The notes under the pieces are model-generated. The model was not told where the DNA came from, ran no database searches, and was given only the letters and a program-made list of their open reading frames with translations. 64,000 nt of DNA from Balanoglossus misakiensis (taxonomy: Eukaryota; Animalia; Hemichordata): assembly GCA_040954595.2 (NCBI GenBank), contig CM082584.2, positions 3,538,110-3,602,109 on the forward strand, given 5' to 3'. This document shows positions 25,855 to 38,833 of the stretch, piece after piece; position 1 is the stretch's first letter, and each line of letters opens with the position of its first letter. Both the position numbers and the translations under genes were made by a program.

Positions 25855-27706
25855 ACGTGGCAGCTTCAACTCTCCTTGGTAATCCTACTGCTGTGTAAGT
25901 TCGGTCCTATTGCAGTCAATGCTGCATTAACAGAGAACACGGGAAACACGGCAATTAAGGAAGATGGGGATTGTTCATGCACGGCAGTCGTGAATGAACT
26001 GGTCGAAGATGTAGACTTACTGTTTGTAAAGCAACAAGAAATATTGGCGCAAGTCGATTCGATCGAAGTCGACGACGACACTTTGCTGTCGCTGATATAC
26101 CAAGAAACCCTGGCGAGCGAGCAACAGGACCAGGATATCGAGAGTTTGGAAGCCAGTGTAAATGCACAAGAAGTGGTGGTAAATTCACTTCAGCAGCAAG
26201 TAACAGACCTCGAGGTACAAGTAGAACAACTGAAGATAACAGTTGAGGAGCTTGGCAATAACGGTAGGTATAAGTATCTAGGTGGGGTTGATACATCTTG
26301 AGATGTTAAAAATATGATGGAATAGGGATATATTGACTCCGGAGACCGCTGATAAAAGTAAACAATCGACATACAGTAATGTCAGCTAGGGGTCAATGAT
26401 CTCTGTATGGCCTTGTACATTCTCTGTGTTCACTGTTCTTCAATGCATTACTCTTCTAGCCATTAAATTGTCAATTTGACTAATAGTCAGGACTACACCA
26501 GTAACTTAGGTCTACTCTCTCATATATTGTATTAATTTTACAATCGCACGTTTGTAAAGAAACATATATTTATTCCTTTGTATCACAAGCTGTCTTATTT
26601 TTATTGGTATCAAGCATACTTTTACAGTATTATTTGTTTGTGGTACTTGTTTTCAGAATGTGCCCTTGGTTGGTACACCTTAGGGAATAAATGCTACTAC
26701 GTTAACAGCATACAATCATATTCCTGGCACCAGGCAAGGGACAACTGTGAAGCAATGGATGCTCATTTGGCAAGGATCACCTCCTCGGAGGAGAATACTT
26801 ATATCAACGGTTAGAGAATTTACTTTTTCTTTTTGGTTCTTGTAATATGTGTTAAAATGCAAATGTATGCACCTGGAGGATATGTCTGTCATGGCCAAGT
26901 GCTTGCATGGTACAATCTATGGCCATGAATAAAATTAAGCAATACCCCCTCCCCGGCGACTGAGGGCGGTATGTATCTCGTGGCATACCGCTCTCAAGGA
27001 GGGATTATTGTCATTACATATATTTTAATCAGCTTCGTTTGTTTTGTTTTTGGAAATAAAAATTGATAATGCTGGCAATGTATTAATGACACTGTTGCAC
27101 TGATATACAACTATAGAAAATATAGAATTCTGTCCATTCCTATTTAATTATACTGTATGTTGAAGTTTTGCAAGTGCAATTTATTAGTTTAAAAAAATAG
27201 ACTGTGTGGACAAACTGAAGTATAGAACATTTATAAGCCATACTCTTTTCCACAGGTCTTTATTCAGGATACTTGTGGATTGGGTTAAGTGACCTCACTG
27301 TTGAAGGAGTTTGGAGATGGACTGATGCTTCTTTGGTAAGTAAGCTTGTGTACTTTGATACTTAGCTGGCAGACTTCCATAGTACCTCCTTTTCATGAGT
27401 CTAGCGCCCTCACATAGCCATCATGAAATGTAACTCAAAGTGAGGTTTATGGGGAAAAGCTGATAAATAATTGAAGGAATGAATATACAATCATGCATTA
27501 ACATTACGTCAAATACTTCACCATTAAAATAAAAACTTATTTCATTCATATTACAGGTTACTTCTGGTTATCAAAATTGGAACAGTGGGGAACCAAACAA
27601 CGGAGGCAACGGTGAAGATTGCTCATCTATACTCAGCAGTGGGCAATGGAATGATGCCGGTTGTAATATTTTGTATGGCTACGTTTGTGAGAAATCTATT
27701 GGCTAA
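25855..27706 (+). CDS. Secreted coiled-coil C-type lectin, EPN/WND (mannose-type), copy 1; apparent ACG at the start-codon position
   Basis: Exons 25855-26263, 26657-26809, 27256-27335, 27557-27706: CALGWYTLGNKCY...WIGLSD...WRW...WNSGEPNN...DC...WNDAGC...YVCE*. Signal peptide WQLQLSLVILLLCKFGPIAVNA. Confidence 0.75.
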
Positions 27707-28228
27707 TTGAAGGAAATCCATTGTTAGGTGTATATGAAATGCTATGGGACTGTATCGGCTAACTAAAAAACGAGCCTGATAATCCAGCGATAATAAGACA
27801 AATGTTTGATTTTGTTCTGACACTCTGTAGACATTGTTGCTCTAAATTCACTGGTATAAATGCACTGTATGTGCAAAAAAATTGTTGGTGCTTTCAATGG
27901 TCAGCACATTTTACTAAGTTGAATAATTCAAGGTTGATGGTTTTATATTGATGGGCTTACATTTTGTCATGGCTAGTTTATCATGGCGTTTCACCAATGT
28001 ATGTTGATACAGTGATAACCAATAGTAGGGCAAATAGCTAGGTCGAAAGGCAGAAACCCTGTTCTTGCAATAAAGTAATGTACACTGATAAGATACTTCT
28101 GCACTTATGTTCTTGTAGTCTTTTTCTCCGTCTCACCCATTGTAAGTGACGGCACCCTCAACGTCAACGCTGGTGACTGCTAAAATCAATTAAATAATTT
28201 TGAGACAAAACAAGACACAATGTCTTAA

Positions 28229-28804
28229 AGGTCTCATGCCATGCCCTATACACCCACGCGTAAAATCACTATTTGGGTCTTGAAGTTAACGTATGTTACT
28301 ATCTTGCAATGCGTTTTGCCCCTTGTGCTTAGATAACAAGCAACTAAAAGTGGCGGGTGGGCGTGTACCCCTAACCCAACTCAGTCGAGTTTTTTCGGCT
28401 TTTCGAAGTTCAGTCGAAGGCTTATCTTGATGTGGACAAATAGTCTTTCACACCTTCGCAAATCCTCTGCCTGTAATGTGAAACAAGGGCTTCCTTTGCT
28501 TTGAACACTGTTTATATAGCTTGTCTTTGTCTGTGGACTTAATTACGCATGGACCGCTAATTACACCATACTGTTAGCAGAATGGTACACAACGACGTAG
28601 TGTACTTGTTTGTCCATATGCAAATACCTTCGCCTGGCTCGAGTGCGAAGTGGCTCCCTGATCACAGGCATGAAAAAAGGGGGCAAATTCCGGCATTCGC
28701 GCACATTTTTCGGAACCGACACAATAGGCAATGCATAGACAAGTACCTTAGGTGAGCTTTTGATGTGGAAAAATGAAAACTTTCCAAAGCATGACATGAG
28801 ACCT
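28229..28804. mobile_element. Kolobok-like non-autonomous element
   Basis: TTAA|AGGTCTCATGCCATGC...GCATGACATGAGACCT|TTAA; absent from copy 2. Confidence 0.75.
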
Positions 28805-30118
28805 TTAATGGGAGTTGAATGAATAAACGTGTATAGTTTAAACATATCTTTTTATGTGAAAATACGTTTCTCTGATAAAGCAGGGTTATTTGCAAATAGT
28901 AGATTATTATTAAAAGAACCCCAGGACAGTGGGTTTTATATTGATTTATAGCCTGGAGAATGGAAGAGATAGTGCCTCTGAAAAAAAATCAGATCACATA
29001 AGCGGTTATTAACGACAAATGCACGTCTGCAGCCTGTGGATTAGCCCGTCTGCATGTACTTACCAAAGATTATCCATATTTTCTGCATGGATTGCATGTC
29101 ACTTAGAAATACCAGATGATACACTTGACCCATTTTGAAATTTTGGTCTGTGTGAGCTTTTTTTCAATACAAGATATATATCACTTTATTGGCATAACAA
29201 CATGGTTTTTATTCGCATGTGGGCTCTGCTTGTGGACTTATGCACATGTTGCCGCCTGAGATCCATTTTATGAGTTATGCTGATTATCATTGCCACCATG
29301 TACAAAATCACAGCTGAGGAGCAACAGGTGATATGATCATCAGAAAGAATGACGTGGTTCATTATTCTAGTTGTATGTCCCGCTTATTCTTGACGTCTGT
29401 AGGGTCATGTCAATTGCCCTTTGATTATGCAGATAAAAAGAAAATAATATCAGACATCAAGAAAGCGTATTGCTAAATAATTCCACTTTCACCGCCAACA
29501 TTAGTATGTGTGTTCTTCTATCACTAGATTTCTTGGACTTCAACTGTCGAGGAAATCCCAAAGAGCGCCCTCAATTAATCGTGGTCCGTCACAATCAGCT
29601 CACATTGTCGTCCCCTTATTTACACACAGATTGCGAGCACGTAGTTGTTTCCCCACATCACTAACGCTCAGTATTTTTTAGTTTTCCGCATTCGGCATGT
29701 GATTCATCTATTTATTGAAGAGACGGCAATGGAGGGGAAAACTACACACCGGAGCAACGGCACTCACTTCCTAATTATGACATGGTTCATTATCTGTAAG
29801 TACACGGAATAGCGTTTTCAAGCATAGGGAGTTTAGCACCACTATGATTTTTCAACTGTTGGTATCCAGCCTGTGCTGTCAAATAATTCAGTGAGGGGTT
29901 ATCTTCAATTCACCGCTAGACAATCACGGGCAGGGTTCATGATTCGCTCGTAAATGGGCTGCTCTAATTATACCCGTAACAAACATACCTTGAAAACAGA
30001 AGCCGTTAAAACGTCTGAAAAAATGGACTGATTTAAAAATGGTGTGGGCATGTGTCAATCAAGCCTGATACTACAGGACTACATACAGTGATGTAATTCC
30101 TGACTGATACAACTAATC

Positions 30119-30854
30119 TAGACTGTCGACAGTCCCTCGCGCCTAATGTGTATCGATTCGGCGTTTCGTGCGAGGCCCGTAAGGCCCGTATCTTTTGAAG
30201 GCCGAAGGCCCTATTCGGCGTTTCGTGGTGCGATGGCCGTAAGGCCCGAGGGCGTGGCCCGAGGGACTGTTATACCTTGTTTCGCCCTCACACGGGCACT
30301 GTGGGAAAATGCCCCTGTAAAATGATTGACAGTTAATACGTCATAAACTCATTGACCAATCATATTGTCACGCAGTATCGGGTCAACAGGAAGTGAAGCT
30401 GTTAAGCTGGCAAATTCATGTCTTTGAATGATGGTATCTGAACAAGTTATTTCTCTCGCCTTGACAAAAGTTGGCCACCAGTCACTCAGACGTCCAGCGT
30501 CAAGTAATTGATGTTTTTTTTGGACGGCAAAGATGTTTTTGTTGCGTCGCCAACGGGCAGTGGGAAGTCTTTGGCGTATGAAATCGCACCTTTTCTCTTG
30601 GACAGGATCGGCGAATTTACCGAGGAACCGTCATCGATAGTTTTGGTTGTTTCGCCGCTGATTTACGCCCCCATATGCAAATTTTACTACGTCATTTTCT
30701 GCTTGCATAATTAATATCAAGGCAAGGCTTGCAAGCTATAACAGTCCCTCGGGCCTTACGGCCCTCGAACCACGAAACGCCGAATCGGGCCTTCGGCCCT
30801 CGCACGAAACGCCGAATCGATACACATAAGGCGCGATGGACTGTCGACAGTCTA
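30119..30854 (+). mobile_element. AcademH-type non-autonomous transposon carrying a RecQ-like helicase fragment
   Basis: Long TIRs TAGACTGTCGACAGTCC.../...GGACTGTCGACAGTCTA with a 9-bp TSD CAACTAATC (single copy at the empty site ~52341). Internal GKDVFVASPTGSGKSLAY...IVLVVSPL corresponds to SF2 motifs I/Ia. Confidence 0.8.
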
Positions 30855-32955
30855 CAACTAATCATACGCGTGCTGTTAATGAACATTTATGTGAAAAAAA
30901 CCAAGCACATTTCTTCAAAAAATACAGCCATTTAACAATTTCGTTGCTTGAATTTTTTGCAAAATTCTTTCTCTAATGAGACCATTACAAGTTCAGCTGT
31001 GTACTGAAACATTAGTATTGGTTGGGAGAAATGTGCTATGGCTTTGTGATTGTAATAATATTTACATCTTCACTTATAGATGTGGCAGACATTCTGTGCA
31101 TAACTACGATCAATTCTATTCAACGTTGACTGAAAAATGTCTTGATAATAACAATAACGTTCCTGTTTTTATTTCTGTTATTGTTGTTTTCAAATCCCCA
31201 AAAGTTGAATATGAAGGTTATCGAAATATATCATTAATATGAAAGAATGACATATGACTAATCTTTACTTGTAGATAATATACAAAGGATTTCTGGTACA
31301 TTCAGCGTTGTGCCAAATGACACTCTGGTCATATTGGGAGATGCGACACAGCTAAACTGTACCTTTAACACAGCTCCTTCACTGATGGCATGGTACCTTA
31401 ATGATACGATTATAGTGTTTGGCGAAGACAAGGAACCTGGTGTTACTGGGGATTATGTAATTATTGGCGGTGGAGACGTATACAATCTTCGTGTGTATAA
31501 TACAAGTCTGACTGAAGGAGGTCATTATGAATGTTGTGATTTGTCAACAATCGAAGCAGCAAGGGCTTATGTTTTCGTCATAAGTAAGTGGCAAAGTTTT
31601 TTACATCCGCTTTACCAATTTACAATTTGGATAATAGCTTTAAGACACGATCGCAGTCATTTCCAAATAAAACTGGGACTGCTAGTAGACAAATGTATGT
31701 TTCAAGTTGATATATACTAACCGCAGTATGATATTAAATATGCTAACATATACCAGTGTTAAAGTTGCTGTACATTTTACACAATGAATTTCACCAGAAA
31801 ATGCAAGTGATTCTTAATCCAGCTAACATAGAACACCCGTCGAGACACACAATGCGTACACACACATTCATGAACGCATTGTGCAGTGTTGTCGTATTTC
31901 AACTCCGCGTGGTGTAAAAGTACGGAAGCGTATTGTACGACAAATGGCCATAGGTCACTGCAAACTTTGTAAAAAATAGAATATTATAATCAAAACATCA
32001 CCGTGACAATATGATGAGATTCTTCTATACAGGTGATGGTCCTGATTGCACAGTTTACCCAGGCAATACGGTAATAGAGGGTGAAGATGTTACATTTTAC
32101 TGCAACATAAATTTACCCGAAAGGCGCCTGGGAGTCTTGTCTGGCTACAAAATGGAACCGAAATGAATCAAGAAGAAGCTCAAGTAAATATTTGGAACAC
32201 AACGTTGAATAGGACTGACAACAACACAGTTTTTGACTGTCAACTGCAACATTACACATTACCTCCATGGAAGTGGTCTTTAGTGTCGTGTGAAAACAAG
32301 ATCATCGTGGATGTCCAATGTGAGTTCGCACGATGTACAAGATTTTGGTGAGATCGTTCATATTTAATATTTCACGTTTTTTCTAGTATCTGTCACGAAA
32401 ACACTGATATGCCTCGGAGTTGATTGTGCCAATTGGTGTAGTGTAAGTGAGCTATATAACTACAAATTATGATCGATTTGACTTTTCATACAGAATTAAT
32501 ATGTGTCTAATTTCGAACGTGTATGGCCCTGAGGTGCTTTGTTGAAACTGTGACGAATTTTGCATCTCTGTATATTAGGGCAGTGTTTTGTGTTTTAATT
32601 CTTTGCTCATGTATGTCCGGGTTAGAAGTGCGACATTTCTTCTGAAACAGGTATCTTATTTAAAATGCAAAATATCACCGAGGCAGCCGGGCTGTTGTTA
32701 TTTGTTTTCCGGAATAATTGACAAGACTAATATTGCCACGATAGGTTTTACAATTACATGCAATCTATCCGTACGCCTATTTGTCATTCTCTTCAGTCTC
32801 AGGTCCTTTTCTTGTCATTTATATGACACTCGTCTATAATCTGTTTTCGTCGCTGTTTTACTTTCGTGTTCATTCCTAATGCAAATATCACCTTTGAAAC
32901 CAAACCTGACAACTACAATGAATAAATCAGATGACCCAGTATTAGATCTTAATAT

Positions 32956-33565
32956 TTAGGGGTTATTACACGAATTTTGGTCGATAACGCGTCGTATTCG
33001 AGTGAAGCGCAACTCGTCAAAAACGGACATCACGAGAATGCGTCGCGTTATCGACCAACATTCGTGTAATAACCCCTTTATCATACATGCCTACCTATAA
33101 AACAGTACGATTTGCGAAAATGCGCCGAGAAAAACGATTTCAAATTTGAACCGTGTGCCCTGGGTTCACGGCAGTAGCCATGTGACGTGTGGGCCGTAGT
33201 ATCATTTTAAGGGGTTGGCAGCTTTCATTACGATGGGCACATCCGCAATCTAAATAAAATTGTCTACGTTCTCTTTCAAAATATCATGTTAACAATTATT
33301 TTGCAATGAGAATTTCGAAGAAGTAAAAATGATACATTCAACATGGCAAAACCGGCAGCTTTGAAAACGTTATTACAGCTTCTAATAACCGAATTTTACA
33401 ACACCCCTCTCCACTAGAGTCCTATGCCCTGTGTGTCGCTCGCGCGCGCAGCGAAATGTCGCGCCGAGACGCGGACACGATATTTTCACATTGTGAAATA
33501 CCGTAAAATATCTTCGGGGCGAGAACAATAGAAAGTGTTAAATACAGGCGTTGCATGTATGATAA
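32956..33565. mobile_element. TSD-less element with terminal long hairpin and asymmetric inverted repeat (Crypton-like)
   Basis: Hairpin ~32958-33078; TTATCATACATGC next to it pairs with the terminal GCATGTATGATAA. Empty site at ~56111-56130. Confidence 0.65.
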
Positions 33566-34803
33566 ATATGGTGACATGGACAAATCATCTGGCGCAGTAG
33601 CATTATGGTTAAATTGCTGGCCTTGTATTTTCAATAACGTTATGACTTACCAAGCTGAACTTGGTAATAAATGAAGAACAAATGACCCTTGCTCTGTGTT
33701 TAAATCGCTCAGACATCATTTCCATTAAAAAGGTTTTCTTTGTTTATTTGGACGGTTGACATGAACGAGTAACAAGTCACCGCATGCAATGGAAAGCCTG
33801 AAATTTTGGTCACACTTGTTTGTTTCCATTCCCCAGACGGGCCAACCATAACCCTTGTAGAAGAAAGCGGCGTTGTAGTTGAAGGTAGAACATACCAAAC
33901 AACATGCCATGTGGACTCAAACCCAGTGTCAGATGTTTATTGGATGAGTCAATCTGGGGAAACACAGATTGGTCGTGAACTCATCCTCGAAGGTGCCAGT
34001 CGTTATCAAGCGGGGGAGTATACATGTTTTGCCACTAACACTTTCTGGAACAACATGACTGCTTCGGACAATGCCACATTAGTTCTCGATGTACAGTGTA
34101 AGTGATGTGTAAAAGTCATTTGTATACTAGTATTTTGATTTCTCTCTCCTGACTGATCTCGCCCCATACCACACTCCGGATACCAATATTCAAGTTGGTC
34201 TGCTGAAATAATATTGCAAGGTTTTAATATTTGAAACAAGCACGACAGAGCAAGACACAGTGTGGGTTCCAGCAGTATCGTAACAGCAATATCATTTATT
34301 ACAGTTCCGCCATCTGTAGAAGTACCACAAAAAGTAAGCCGCAAAACAGGAGAAGACATCATACTAACCTGCTCTTTGACCGATGCAAACCCTCTTGATG
34401 TAGACTACACTTGGGAGCTCGCCAACGGAAACATTATAAACGGTGACACCGCACAAATAAGCAACGTAACTACCGACTTCCACGGTTCACAGAAATGTAC
34501 AGCAAATAACACCTATCATGATGGCACATATGGCGAGGGAAGCAATTCTACCTTTCTTGATGTTCAGTGTAAGATTTTCAAATTATCTTCAATTTAAAGA
34601 ATGCTATCTTAGTACTACTTACTCTTAAGTCCTGCGTGGAGAGTGCCAGTGTGTAGCTTCTTATGCATATAAATATTTTGGGCAATTAACATAATCAGCG
34701 TAACAGGGCACAATACGCACACTGCCACACGATACAGATGGTGAAAAACTTGGGTTGTAAGGGTCTCATCAGTTGATTACCAGCATGATTGCTTATTCTG
34801 TTA

Positions 34804-37800
34804 TTATATTATACCAGTATATTGATGGTGTAAATCACGCTATTTTATTGGTCGAGACACGACACGTGACTGTGATATATTCGTCACATACCACAGTCAT
34901 ATGTATATCACGCAAAACTCATAGTCAAAGAAGATGCCTTTTTAAAATGTTTTATGCAAAGTTTCAATATACTGGTATAATATTTAAATAATAACACATG
35001 TTAGCGAGGGCAATATCATGATCTTTGGCCTGCCCTCGGGATGGTGATCTCTGACCATAATATTGATGATGCCCGAGCCGCAGGCGAGGGCATCATCAAT
35101 ATTATGGTCAGAGATCACCAGCCCGAGGGCAGGCCAAAGATCATGATATTCTTCGGGCATGACGTGTGTTATTAATTTTATTATACCGAACATTTGACCA
35201 TACATACAGCATAGAGAGTTGCGTCCATGTAGTCCTGTTTCAAAATGACCTACATTACACGTCCTATACACATGTATTGCATGTTCTGATTGGTTTATCC
35301 GCTTCTCTAAGGTCCACTTACGGCACGCTGATTGGAGGGACCTTGTAGGTTAGGTCTTATTACTATGTATTATTCACTAGACCTTGTAGGTTAGGTCGTA
35401 TTACTATGTATTATTCACTAGACCTTGTAGGTTAGGTCTTATTACTATGCATTATTCACTTAACAGCTCCCTGATTGGTTAACGTGTCAGTCTGGTCCCC
35501 CATGTGTTCACTGCCTCGTTATACCACTCTGCCCGATCCCTATATATGGAAGTGCTCATTAATATTCATATAGGGTCAAAGGTGCTGAAAGTTTACTGAA
35601 GTGACCAATCAGATGCGTGCGCATATTAATGAGTAGTCAGATGACCTGAAGTCAACTGCAAGTGCCGCACGACGTTTTAATGTGTTTGTGCACTGTTTCT
35701 GCTCCGTCTTTCTGATCTGATTGCTGATATTCAGGAAAGCGGTTTTCATTGTCATCTTATTGTCTTTGATCAAGCCCTCATTGGCAATTTTAGATAAATG
35801 TTAGCTGTCAATAACAAGCGAAGTTTTCACGCACGGAGCGGCACCCGACCTTCTGTGTCGATACACGTGTAGTAGTCTAGATCAACGTCATTGACATGAA
35901 GTAAAACTGTGTACGATCGATGTATACAAGATGAACGCATGTACAACGGAGGAGACACGGAAAAGCTTGTACTTCATAAAATTCTCGTCGATATTTTACA
36001 TTGGTTTATATAGTTCGTCAATTGGGTTTATTCAGTGTGATGTCGACATCATTGACACTTGATCGATCAGTACCTGGTTTGCATGGCTTAATGACTACAC
36101 CCCCTAGACCAGTATCCGGTCACTTTTATTAAAAACGATACTCGCGCTTCATCGGCAACTCCGATACTACAACAACGCCATGTATTTTTAGCACTGGAGG
36201 ACTGACAATAGAAAAAAAATACAAATCCGGGTCAAGTTGACAAAGGTCAAGGTAAAAAAGATTCCCAAACGATCGGTGTCGCTAGACCTGTATGCGGTCA
36301 CTTGGACCAGTACTCCAGTCACGTTGCATCAGTTGCACAAACACAGTTAGATTCAAATAGAATGCATATTCTCGTAAAGTATTTGGCCCCTTATCAGTAG
36401 AATCATGAATATACGGACTTTCATTCAAAGAAAAAAGCTACGAAGTCGACCCCCCTTCGACCTGGAAGTCGCGACTTACCTGCCCACAGTGCACGTCTTT
36501 TGTATGACAAGTCCACATGACACCGGCTTACCGGTCTAAAGCATTCCTTCCGATGTACGCGAAAGGCGCGTAAATGTTTGCGCCAATTTTGAAATCTCAT
36601 ACATGAACTTGTTCATGATGACTCGACAAGTACTAGAACAGCAATTTTGGTGGAAAAGCTCAAAAATATTGACGACAGGCCGACTTTTAAAGTGCGGCTC
36701 TTGCGTAGCTACCGTAAAATGCTTAGTATGAAGGAAATGATCGATTGTGCGCATCTCTTGTTTTCGGGCGATTCCGCTGAAGTCCAACCCGTACGACGTC
36801 GAAACTTCTACCGATTACTAATGAGTATACCCATCAAATACCTCGACTCTTGAATATCGCGTAGATATCGCGACTATCACTATATCGCGTCTTTTCCGCG
36901 AAGTGACCGGGTAATAGTACCGACCGGATACTGGTCTAGGGGTGTATTCCTTCCTTCCAAAAACATATCTGTGCAGTAAGCGCAGATGCCCTGTCCATGC
37001 TTCATGGTACGGATTGGCGCACTTGTGTGTATATCGTCCACCCATGTTCCGATGTCCGACGCCTATCACCACAATGACTAACAAAGTTGACGCCAAAAGT
37101 CCCCATTTTGCGGTATCACTACCTGATGTGATTCCTGGAGAAATGTCTTCGTGCTTGGCTGGACCCATGGCCACGCCGTGATTCACGACGGCCTCAAACC
37201 TCAAAGCAACGGTGAAAATCCAATCGCAATGGTAAACTTGTTGCTTTGGGGTCAAAGAATCGATATGCCAGCGGGCAAGTTCTTTAGCCGAGAGAATTTC
37301 GTTTTACAGAATGAGAAACATGGGGTATATATAAAAAAGACAAAGTACTTGTACACTACGAGCGTAATAGCTGCTTTCTGATTGGTCAAAAACTTGTCTG
37401 ACCTCGAGGGCGCTTTCATTATTAAATATTAATGAGCACTTCCATATATAGGGATCGGGCAGAGTGTATACAGGACCTTGTAGGTTAGGTCTTATTAATA
37501 TGTATTTATTCACGATACAGCTCCCTGATTGGTTAACATGTCAGTCTGGTCCCCCAGTGTTCACTGCCTCATTGTGAAATGTCCCATGTGCTTCCTGGTA
37601 ACACATTATTCGGGATGTCCGCAGATCATTCATTGATTTTCTGAGAAATAGCCTGACTGATACTATCTCCAACATAAACCGCACCCTGGAAAGATTAAAT
37701 GATTTTTAGATGGACTTCGAAAATCCGATTAACTCATCTAAGCATTTTTGCTAACAATTGTATATTTTTTTAATCACCCTCCTACTTCTCATCATCAATA

Positions 37801-38833
37801 TTATTATTGTTGTTTTAATATTTTCAAGTAAATATGTTTTGACGAACATGTTGTGATAAGGAGCACGTTGTCCGTTTATACATTCGTATATTGTTTTCAT
37901 AAAAATGGAACTATGACGGTGCAGCTTCGTGAAAGAAGTTCAATAAAAGTAATCATACCTGTAAAGCAACTAATGAGGTATCCCAAAGAAATGCAATGCT
38001 ATTCTAAACATTTCTATCGTAAGATATTTTTGGTTTGCTCGAATGAATAGCACACACTTCGTATTCAGCCAGGTGTTACACGAAGTGATGCGCTGAAAGA
38101 CATAGTAATAAGACCTAACCTACAAGGTCTAGTGAATAATACATAATAATAAGACCTAACACATAAGGTCCCTCCAATCAGCGTGCCGCAAGTGGACCTA
38201 AGATTACCAGATGGACCAATCACAGATGTCGGTACATATGTCATGGACCTGACTTATGAAACAGGACTTGTCGTACATGGCAGGTTGCAGCGAACTAAAA
38301 TATCTCGCCGTACCTACTTCGAACTCAGATAATCTTGAGGAAACCGCGCTATTGGTTGCGACTTTGGTATATTTACTGTCCGTTTGCGGTAAAATATCGT
38401 CCAGTTGAACAGGTGTTAATCCTGTGTGTCGCTTTGAAGCCATATACTAGTATGCTGGAGTTGACTGATTGTGAAGGAAGCCATTGAACGACAGTTTATT
38501 GTGCGCTGAACCTAAAACCTGTTCTCAGCCGGCAATATTCTCTCAGCGCGCGCGTATCCCCGGCCCGTAGCCCCTACCTACGGGCCATAGACTCTGTCAA
38601 CCATGTAATATCACGGTTTTTTCTATGTCACGTGGTACGGTCTCAGCCAATCAAGAGTACGGAATACAGAGTGAGGTGTAATAAAATAGCAATAAAACAC
38701 CCCCAGCCATGGTATACCACGAGATTTTGACCAGTTCAACTCCATATACGCACTCGCTATCGCTCGTGCGTATATGTCGTGAACTGGTCAAAATCTCGTG
38801 GTGTACCATGGCTGGGGGTGGTTTATTGCTTAA
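34804..38833. mobile_element. ~4-kb composite insertion: two hairpin-ended Crypton-like elements with an internal TIR element and 41-bp tandem repeats
   Basis: Absent from copy 2 (~57380). Hairpins at ~34989-35174 and ~38688-38830. 41-bp repeats at 35339-35460 with an inverted copy at ~38103-38200. Confidence 0.7.
35525..37466. mobile_element. Nested TIR element (CACTC...GAGTG ends)
   Basis: CACTCTGCCCGATCCCTATATATGGAAGTGCTCATTAATATT and its exact reverse complement ending at 37466. Confidence 0.75.

Noticed and set aside
30508-30714. Host RecQ helicase gene
   Set aside because: Only motifs I/Ia are present, inside a TIR element with a TSD that is absent from the paralogous intron.
36536-37381. 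ORFs inside the nested element as a transposase
   Set aside because: No DDE, tyrosine recombinase or other motif recognisable by eye.
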